DNA from: Lepidodermella squamata
Lineage: Eukaryota; Animalia; Gastrotricha
NCBI GenBank assembly: GCA_047495785.1
Contig: JBLDXI010000045.1
Location: 434,001-498,000, forward strand
Direction of reading: 5' to 3'
DNA: 64,000 bases
Shown: in pieces, positions 54,576 to 64,000 of the stretch
Numbering within the stretch: the first letter of the stretch is position 1
How the letters are laid out: every line of letters starts with the position of its first letter
The notes under the pieces: generated by a model
The model's input: only the letters and a program-made list of their open reading frames with translations
Told to the model about the DNA's origin: nothing
Databases searched by the model: none
Translations under genes and position numbers: made by a program

Positions 54576-57500
54576 TTAATCACAAGTCGTCTGGGCATAT
54601 ATTGTCCCAGCCGTTTCGATAGGCTGGCCGGCTAATAGGGCGGAGTTCGCGGCTTTTCTCAGCGCCTCATCCTGACTACGGCTATTTTTGCGCTCACGAA
54701 CCGGCAAACTCGACGATGAACTCGAAGTGTTGGAAAAACTCCGCAACTCCGGCGAATTCGACCGCTGTTGATAATTTATCGGTATTGCCGCGCTCGAGCC
54801 CGAGTTATAGCCTCCGCTGTTTGCATTAAGCAGGCTGGACGCGGCGTTTGAAGCGTGGTGCAGCAACGGAACGGCGGTTGAGAACAATTTCACGACAACA
54901 TCTGCGGATAAACTGGCCGCGGATGACGTGATCCCCCTTAAAACTCGACCGGGGCGAAGTTGCGAGTCGACAGTCATTGCCGGCGGCAAATCTTCACTGT
55001 AGAGCGGGGCGAGTAGCAACGCGCCTAGATCGGCAGTCGCACTCGCCAGTTCCTGGGCACTCGCCGTCAGCTTGTTCAGCCCAGTTCCGGCTGTTACGAA
55101 GGCACTTTTCTGGCTAGAAATCGCCGTGCGCCAGTGATCACTGACGTAATCGACCAAACGGCCGAAATCCGCGAAGCCGGACCGGTTTTCGACCAGCGCC
55201 GGTAGGACGAGGCGGCATTTATCCAAATGGATCGGCACATTAGCCGCCGTTGAAATCGACCCGGAGAAGTTGACCTCGACGAGGAGACTCGGTTGAACTG
55301 CGAACGATCGGATGAAGAGGCCGCTCGAAACCGCGGACGATGCGTTCGAAGAGCTTCGCCCGCTTTCGCCCGTCTCGTCGAATAGAACCGGGGCGCCCCG
55401 TCCGACCTCGCTAGCCAATCTTTGGTGAGAGGGTGACTTAACGCCTAGCGACGGCGTCGGGCTAGAAGCTAGGTTCAACAGCCCGGGCACGGAATTTGCG
55501 TCAGTTTGAGGTTGAGAAACGGCATTGCACAGTCCGCTGAATTTTGATGTCAAATTACGTAATACTTCAATGGTTCGCATCGACGCTTTAATTTTGATTG
55601 GCTGAATCGATAGGCGCACGTCGCATTCCGAGTCTTGCGCGACTATAGGCGCGTTTTGCTTGAAAAGAGGAACGGCACAATTGTTAGGCCGAACAACAGC
55701 GATTTTCGCGACAAGTTGAGGCGCCGAGTGGATTTTTGGCACATCTTCAGCGACTAAACGACTGCAAATAACAGCTGTTTGTTGCTGGCCTTGGTGACCT
55801 GAAAAAAATATTTTAAAATTAAAAAAAAATGAATTGAAAAAATTATATTATATTAATTTAAAATTAATTTAATAAATCAATTGAAAACTAAAAATTGTCA
55901 ATTCAATTTTAAAATTTTAAATGAAATAAAAAAAATCAAATAATATCAAAAATATTTAGGAACAATTCTTACCTCGCTCTATCACCTCGATATCATGAAT
56001 TGAGGCGGATAACCGGTACAAATTAGGCGTCCACGACGGGCATCGTTCGTATCGAACAGTCAGCCGAATGAGGGCTATTTCCAGCGATTCGCCGCGCTCT
56101 GTGACCAACGCGCATCGAATCGACGTATCTCGCACCGTGAAACGGAAAACCGGGGTCGGCCAGCCATGCGGTTGAATGCTCAGCGGGTCAGGTCTGAACA
56201 ACGGTTTCTGCAAGTGGCCGTCGACAATTTTCAGCGGGACTGAATTCGGCGTCAATTTGTGGCATTCCGCCTTTTTCGGTAACTTTTTAACCAGGGAAGA
56301 CGATAGTATCAGGAAATCGCCATCGTCCGACGAATCTCGACCAGTGCTGCCCGTTGAAAGGGGTGAGCTCCAATTCTTCCGCGTAGAACTATCCGGCGGG
56401 GTGGTGCCCATCAAATACGCCGATTCTTTCAAAGCATCTCGCAATTCAATCGGCGCTTCAGTGTTTTGCGAGCTGAAATTCGCGAAATCTTCATGGCTAG
56501 GCGACGTAGCGGGCACCGGGGTTGAATTCGAGCCAAACTGGGCGCTTTTCAACCCGCCGGCTACCGTCGCAACAAGAGCGCAAAGGGCTGATAAATTATT
56601 CACCGTTGTTGAAATCGAGAGGGAACTACCGCAGACATCGACGAAAGCGGTCGATCCTCGAACTGAGGATAGGCCGAAGGTGAATTCCAGCCAGTCGGCC
56701 TGGAACATACGTTCCCGCCTTTCGCTCGAATCGTCGTTGTGATTATGAGTTTTCAGGCACAATTCAAGGACTGAATTCGCGATTCCTAGCCACAAATCGC
56801 CAACAGGTGGTTGACCAGGTGCCGCGGCGATTTTCGAAGTAGGCGACGCGTCGAACAACACACTGTCGAATGAAAGGCAAAGGCCTGGTAACGAGTTATT
56901 TGCCTTCGAATTCCCGAAACCGTCAAGGTCTAAATCAGTTTTCGTGCGTAAATATATCGAAATTCCGGTCGCCTCGACGCAGAAATCCCATCTAGGATTT
57001 TGTTGTTGCTGTTGTTGTTTCAGCGATTGCTGGGGTGTTTGAACTGGTTTATCCCGGAATCCGAACTCCTTCTCGTAAGACTCGACGATATCACACGCGA
57101 TTTGGATGGAAGATGGAATTTTACCGGGTGGACTGCACAAATCGAGGGAAACGTTACTTAGCCTCAACGCAACCCTCTTCTTCTGCCAAACCACTAGCAA
57201 CGTAGGCGGGTGATTCGCTTTAGTCGCCGTGGACGAATCGCTGCTAGACACTGATTGGCTGGTCGACGATGAAGTTACAGAACTAGGCTGGGGTAGGCAC
57301 GACCGGACGACCGGGGCGAAAAACTCCAGCCCGCCTGGGGTAACAGAGCTATTAGGATCGGAAAACGCGTCTAGAACCGATAGCGACCCAACTCGAACCC
57401 AGCCGGAATGGGGCGAAACGTGAATCGCTAGATCGAACGCAACCAAGGCGATAGCATTCGACCCGAACATATCACCCCGTTTCGCTTTCGGCGCCGGAAT

Positions 57501-59969
57501 TTCATCGCCACCAGTTTTCGAAGCACTTATCAACAGTTTTTCGAATCGAATACCGAAATTCGATAGATCAAATTTTTTCGCCTCGGATTTTGGCAGCTGG
57601 TAAGTGTCGTTTGTCATCGAGTAGTAAATCGAGTTCCCGGTCACATCAGCTACCATAGATTTTTCCAACTGCTGATCTTCGAATCGCCGTCTTTCAGCAA
57701 ATGCGTCGAAGATAGACTTCAACTCGAGACAACGTTCGCTTAATAGATGAACAACTCGAGCCGGTGGTAAATTCGCGTTGAAAACCAAAATATCAACTGT
57801 TAACGTATCGTTAGTAGCGAACTTCAATTGAGCCTGGGTCGGGACGTGTAGCTCCCGGCCATTGTGTAACCGCATCGGTGGATCAGCAAATAAATTCATC
57901 TCAGGTTTTTGTGCATTCAATTTCGGCCGTTTATTATTGCCATTGCCGTATAGTTCAGCTCGCAGGGAGTTCACCCGGAAGAGCGAAACAGGTAATTGCG
58001 ATGGGTCGATTTGGAAAAAAGCGTTCAAAGAGTAGCAGTCGATCGATAAATCGCGGGAGATATCCGCAAACGGCGAGTTCGGGGCGGTTTGAGTCAAATG
58101 ACAAACAAATTTCTCGGCGTCCAGAACTAGAGTTTCTGAGTGGAGAGAAAACTCATCTGGCTGTCCGATGAAAGATAGCGGCTGGTGCTTCAAAAACCGC
58201 ACGAATAACCTCAATTTCTCGAAACGAGCTGTTAACGTTCCGGAAGAAGGGTCTTGCAGTGACTGATGACTACCGCGTTTTCGAGAAGATACAAATTTCG
58301 CGATTGAAGTGGCGAGGGGTAGAACTCGGTTGATTATTGTTGACAATTCGAGCTCAATTTGACATGGTTTATTCACCGATATCCGAAATTCTTTGAAACC
58401 GGTAAATCGAGCTTGAAGATCGAGAGTTAGCGCAGGTTTAGCGCCTTCCACGTCATCGCAAACCAGCAGCTGGGTAAACTGACAAAGCGGGGCTTGACTT
58501 CGCCGAACGCAGTCAGCGATGTCGAAACTATCGACTGAAGTGCGAACAGACATCCGCAGAGGTTGGGCCGTTGTTTCCCATTCAGGCGCATTTCTTAAGG
58601 TGGATTGTGAGCCTTCTCGTTCCAACACGTTGAAGGTTGGTTGTTGCGCGTGGAAAACCACGTCAATTTTACTCGATAAAAATTGAGTGATTAAACAATC
58701 GGCTGGGCAACACAGGGCATAAGCATTTCTCGAGACAGAACAAGACACGCCAAAATCTGACGGCAAACTGCCAAAAAAAGCAACTGACATGCTTTGCGGA
58801 GTCATTGAACCTTGTGGTGTTTTGTAGGCGATAACAAGCGCGGTCCTTACGACATGGGCTATCAAATGGACACTCGGTGTATTCGATGGCGGGCGTTCGC
58901 CGGTAAAACTGAACTGATCTGTTGAAATCACTGACCCAGCGCATGATTCAAACATAATTGGATCAGGTGCGTCTCTGTGAACACTTTCAAACAACGCAAC
59001 TTGATGCTGTTTTGACGGCCTTTTCTTGTTAAATATCGAGTCCAGCATCGTTATCAGCGAACACAGTACTTCAGGGCCGGGAAAGAAAGCTATCAACGAA
59101 GACGCGATAACCTTGGTAAAGAAAGTCGGCGAAGCTGACGTAGAAGATGAAAGACTGACATTGGCGTCTGGAATACGAAGAAGTATAATATAGCTGGATT
59201 CAGCACTGGCGTTTTCCGCTGTTTTGTCCGCATAAGTTTCCGCTCGGATTTCAATATTAGTGAGCGATAATGCAACCTCCCGAGTCGAATCTTTCGACGA
59301 TAACGACGCACACGCTTTGAAGACACGCAGCTCCATTGCCGCAATAGAAGTGCTATCTTGATCAGCAGCGAGACTCGGTGAAGGTTCCAATCGTACCACC
59401 AAGTCTTTCACGACTATTTCAACTTGGCTAACGATCGAATCTATCACAGAAGCTAATTGATCAAGTCCCTCTAGAGGTAGCGCAAGGCCGGTGTTGAATA
59501 CAGACTGACTGTAGTCAACAGCGAGTGACTGAGAAGCCGTGGCGAATTCAGAGCAACATAATGAAGTCGCTAACAAATCCAGAGAACTGCCCATTAACAG
59601 CGTATCGGTAATATCCAATCCACGTATAGTAAACTCTACATCTGAAAGCTCCAGTCGAAGCCCGCTGAAATTAGAGAAGGATTCAGCTGTCACGGAAAGA
59701 ACTGATGAAAGCGAGGCTGTAGATATCGCCAAAGGAAGATATATAGTAACCGCCCCGATGTAGCCGTCAACAACAGAGAACGGTAAATGATACTTGGATA
59801 ATATTTCATTCAAATGAGCGGCGTCTAATGAGAGTTGAGTGACAGTTCCAGTTCCTTTATCCAGCGACAAATGTAACTGGTCCACGGCGACCTTCTCTTG
59901 CAAAAATGGTCCCAGATACCGATGCAGCAGGTATCTGCATAGCCGCTTACAAAGTTCAGCAACGGCCAT
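54576..59969 (-). CDS. ATG2: Autophagy-related protein 2 (chorein-N lipid transfer protein)
   Basis: KRLCRYLLHRYLGPFLQEKVAVDQLHLSLDKGTG (chorein-N), LEGLDQLASVIDSIVSQVEI, ECDVRLSIQPIKI; 1337-aa and 388-aa ORFs joined by an AT-rich intron ~55799-55972. Confidence 0.9.
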
Positions 59970-61375
59970 TTCAAGTCATTTAAAAATCCAGTCGGGCAGC
60001 CTGAAAGTGATTCATTCAAAGTAGGATCTAAATCATAACTCGTACAAAGTACTCACCCAGTTAGAATACGCAGCGGTTTGCGCAATTATTGCTGATATTT
60101 TTTCTAAAAGAAAATCTAAAAATACTCCTAGTATTAGACTTAAAGTCAAACAGGAGCAGTGGGCGAATAAAGAAGTATTATGTATAGAAGTATTAAACTA
60201 AGAAGCATATTAAGTATGTCGTTTAAAAGTCTCGAGTCCAAAAGACCTCCAAAATGAAGAATCAGCGCAAACCCTTGAAGATATATGCCTTGCATCTACA
60301 GAGTAGTAATTGTCAGGTGCATTCGAGGTGAAGTTCTGAACGTTTCTGGGTTATGAATTCATGAATCAATTCATAATGAATCATCATTAATAAGCAGTGA
60401 GACTGTTTCAGCCAGTCACCTTATTCCATGAACAGCAATGAACTAAGATACTACCTTCAAAAATATCAAATGCTCTCATCGTCGCAATCGTCGTAAATGA
60501 AGACTCGCGCCTAAGGATCAAACTCTTTTGGCAAGCATTCAAGGTGGTTGGGTGCAAAAAAACCATTCACAACACAAAGCACAAAGAAGGCCTCTGAGCC
60601 AAAAAACCAAGGCCTTTCTACCTTGGAATGCAATTTCAGAAAATTATGCGTAAGATAACAACTTGTGTATATAGTCCTGCTCAATCTGCGAAAATTGCAT
60701 AATTAATATATGTGAAAATAATTTTATGACAACAAAGTTTTTGAGAGTTTGAGATCGAAAAGTCCGTCGAGCGTGCAAATGATTCAGACTCCACAGCGGA
60801 CAGCATTTTTGCTAGTTGGCCTAGTTGGCAGGTTGCGGCTGACAGCTTACCAAAATGTAATCTGAATGATGGCGGATGGCATATTTTAATCGACTTTTAT
60901 ATATAAATCGACTTCCCCTCTTATTCTGTCAGATATGGGAAATATGTTTATACGGATAGATAGTGATTAAGCAAATTGACTTAGGAATCGATACCGTAGC
61001 TCAAAGTTTCGTCAGCGATATGCAGGCTCGAAGGTAACCAGTCAGTGCCAATAATTATGCTATTTGGGCCTTCGCTAATTCCCGGCCAAGATTTCGCCCG
61101 CTCGACAGCAAGATGAGGTATTGGTCATGGTCCATTTTTCTAATTAGTAATCCAGCAATGCTGAATGCTGATGAGAAAAAATCAGTCGAATAGTTCGCAG
61201 ATTTAGAGGGGAGGTCGATTTGCATTGGTCCTCGGTCAAGGTCGTTTGTGCCCACCAGTGAACAGCAATCGCATTTAACGTAACGTGCTGTTTTTCTATA
61301 TTTTCTACCCGAGTTAGAGTTCAGGTTCTGTATGTTGTATGTTTGAATGTAGTAGTTACTGAGATTTTGAAAATC

Positions 61376-61843
61376 ATGAAAAGTAACGATGCTAATTCGG
61401 ATTCGGCCAAAGAAGCATTAAATCCCGAAGTCGATCACTTGAGAGCCAAAGCAGCCGTCAACAAAGTGAGCGATTGCGAAAGTTGCCGTTATGTGGCAAC
61501 GGCAACTTTAGCAGCGTCAGGTGTTTACATAGCTTATGGAATTTTCAATCCACCCTTTGAAATATCTCGCGTTGGGAAACGTTTCATATTTTCGTCATTC
61601 TCTGCTCTGGTTTCCGCTACCGCCTTCGTTCTTGCTGGTGCTGTCTTCACTAACAAACTCGAAAGTTTGACCACTGGATCAGTGGACTTCGTCGGAAAAA
61701 TGCATGATCGTCTCCAAAGCTTTGATGAAAGATATCAACAGAAGAAATACGAATGGAGCGACGCTATTTATCAGGGCAAGCTTGATCGTCTGCGGAAGAA
61801 TAACAAGCTGCCTGCCGATTGGGAAGACGACGCGAAAAAATGA
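61376..61843 (+). CDS. DMAC1: DMAC1/TMEM261-like (DUF4536) membrane protein
   Basis: DCESCRYVATATLAASGVYI (CxSCR followed by a TM helix) and a second TM segment. Confidence 0.65.
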   Translation: MKSNDANSDSAKEALNPEVDHLRAKAAVNKVSDCESCRYVATATLAASGVYIAYGIFNPPFEISRVGKRFIFSSFSALVSATAFVLAGAVFTNKLESLTTGSVDFVGKMHDRLQSFDERYQQKKYEWSDAIYQGKLDRLRKNNKLPADWEDDAKK

Positions 61844-61987
61844 ATTTATACTTGCTTCAATAACCAGTTTTTCCGTGTATAAATGGCTGATCGCGCCCAA
61901 TTTCATCTACCATTTATACTTGCTTCACTGTTTCTTTCTAGAATTTATTGATATTATTTTCACCATGTATCTATAATCGGCCGTTGA

Positions 61988-62875
61988 ATGCAGCGAGATC
62001 CACCGGCAGGGGAGAAAATTCTCCTGAACGTTTATGACCTGGTATGCTACGATTTGTTACTGAAAATAATGATTCACTGTTTTATCCCCTAGCATTGGAC
62101 TAACGAATACACCTCTGCTCTCGGGTTGGGCGTGTTTCACTCCGGCCTCGAAGTTTACAAAACAGGTAATGTTCTGTTCTCCATTTCAGTGTGGGATGAT
62201 TTTCGATTATTATCGTTGTCAGAATTCGGATATGGCGGGCACCCGTTTCCTTTAACTGGTGTGTTCGAAATGCCACCACGGTGTGCGGAAGAGCTGGGCG
62301 ATCATTTCTCGTTCCGCGAAACCATTGTGCTGGGCACCACAACCCTCAGTGAAGAGGACGTCCGTGATATTGTCGAGTCGTTGTCACCGCGCTTTCTCGG
62401 CGATCAATACCACTTGTTGCGCTACAATTGCAATCATTTCTCTAACGAATTAGCTCAAATTTTGTGCGGTTCAACCATTCCTGGTTGGATCAATCGACTT
62501 GCTAACATGGCTGTGTAAGTTAAGGAAATCCATTTGCAATTTTCGTGATTACATTTCAATTTCAGTTCTGTGCCTTTTGTGGAGAGGGCCCTGCCAAAAG
62601 AATGGTTAACTCCTTGCGGCCTTCAAACTATGGCTTCTGCTAATGTTGGGCTTGCTGAGTCGGCCAGGCAGCGCGACAGCAGTGTAAGTAGTGACCTGCT
62701 GGAATCATTTGCTACAAAAACCAGCTTGTCGTCTCTAACCCAGCAACCATCGTCTTCCTCGAATTCGTCGGCGAATACGGCGAGTTCGAAAAATTCGAAA
62801 TCTACCACTACTTCGTCGGCGAAGTCTAACAAAGATAGAACTGACTCGTCGAAATCAATCGCTCTCGGGCGATAG
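61988..62875 (+). CDS. DESI2: Deubiquitinase/desumoylase DESI2 (PPPDE)
   Basis: LLNVYDL|HWTNEYT, GVFHSGLEVY, EFGYGGHPFP, GDQYHLLRYNCNHFS, IPGWINRLA, LPKEWLTP; three short introns. Confidence 0.95.
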
Positions 62876-63689
62876 ATCTATTTTGCTACAAACCGGTGTT
62901 TCCTATTTACAAGCCAACCAAAAATAGGGCCGTGTTTATTCTTCTTCTACACCACTCTCCATCTCGCTCTCTTAAACTTACTGACCTTGAACTTCTAGTC
63001 GCGTTTTATACATCGAAATTCGATAAACTATTTCTACGACGAATGAGCCGTGTCATTGAAACTTGAAAACAAATCTAAGAACAAAATAATTGCCATCAAT
63101 GACCCATCACAGTATTCGCAGCTTCATGTTTCGGAAAAAATGTTCTTGTTTCCCTTGATTTTCGTCGATATTTGTTCGAAATCCGTGGCCTTTTCGAAAC
63201 GAACTGACCTTATTGCTTATTCTCTATGAGGAATCGAATTATCGTTATGAACTTATTATTTGCAATTGAAAAAATAAATTCTAATGGACGTGTTATTATT
63301 TTGTAATTTATAAATTATTCAGAACTTCTCAGTGGTTTATAATTTCGAAAACTATGAACTCTGCCTTTGTTAACAATGTGCGCTTATGGAAAAGCTTGTA
63401 TTTACTGTTGCATGGAGAATTTTCTTTCGATGTAGCACTTATTCGAAAAAATAGCTTCAATAAAAGAGACAACTTGGATTTGATATCTGTTTTTGTAAGG
63501 GGCGGATTTATTTAAACGAGTGAATAAATTAGGTAGAGCCGATGAGATAACAAACAATTTATTAAAAAATGCGCAAAAATAGTCATGCTGTATTCAAGGT
63601 GGTCTGTGGGCAACCGTGACTTGAAACCATTTTTACCATTACGACATCTGAAATGACTACAGGTAAAATTCAACTCCTAGACGAAAATC

Positions 63690-63950
63690 CGTAGATCCAG
63701 AGCTGGGTTGATCCTCCATGGACCCTTCGAGCAAGGAAAACATCTAACTTGACCTAATTTGAGGACATATTAGACTTTCCATAGATCCTGCGTAGATCTT
63801 GATTGGTCTGTAAGATCTATACAGGATCCACAGAGCTGGATCTATCTCAGTTGCATTTTCAGATCTAGCCACGGTCTAACGTTGTTCGCCAGGGCTGTAA
63901 CTGTAACTGCATGTGTGTTAGCTGTCCCGGCCTGTGGATCTGGCCACGGC
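63690..63950. repeat. Cluster of (A/G)GATC(C/T) subrepeats, possibly a DNA transposon end
   Basis: About ten GATC-core units, with larger duplications GATCCA(CA)GAGCTGG and GATCT(A/G)GCCACGG. The other terminus is not visible in the window. Confidence 0.35.
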
Positions 63951-64000
63951 AAACCTCTCGCACGAATTGGAAACGACCGACACGCTGCAACATTCATATT

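Noticed and set aside
60100-61330. Hidden gene between ATG2 and DMAC1
   Set aside because: Only short interrupted frames with no recognisable homology.

Overview
Gene-dense window from a compact invertebrate (bilaterian, probably protostome) genome with mostly ~50-60 nt GT-AG introns; the species cannot be named from sequence alone. About 25 protein genes: PPP1R21, two genes with SNF5/SAY-like winged-helix repeats, a ZEB/zfh1/zag-1 factor with ~6 kb of upstream regulatory DNA, NPHP1, SARS2, SRP14, SAE1, an unknown gene, FAM50, PSMA7, actin, GEMIN2, MED8, two PPT1 paralogues, C9orf72, two Ly6/uPAR-like membrane proteins, a secreted Cys-rich protein, two intronless ARNT-like bHLH-PAS genes, CAMKMT, ATG2, DMAC1-like and DESI2. 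Also tRNA-Glu, tRNA-Gln, a tRNA-Val pseudogene, a U4 snRNA gene and three non-autonomous DNA transposons (hAT, Mutator, Tc1) with intact TIRs and TSDs. Housekeeping genes lie in same-strand runs 60-260 nt apart, each ATG preceded by an apparently unpaired U-rich TAG acceptor, suggesting operons resolved by SL trans-splicing. Most notable: (1) an unannotated spliced minus-strand transcript at ~44.0-45.9 kb with no long AUG ORF and a 3' region packed with miRNA and Pumilio sites, including a bantam site with TDMD-trigger-like pairing; (2) a duplicated U4 promoter plus the first 17 nt of U4 directly in front of an unknown spliced protein gene; (3) a ZEB with no recognisable homeodomain and five miR-7 sites in its 3'UTR. 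Homology calls and miRNA sequences are from recall, not database searches.
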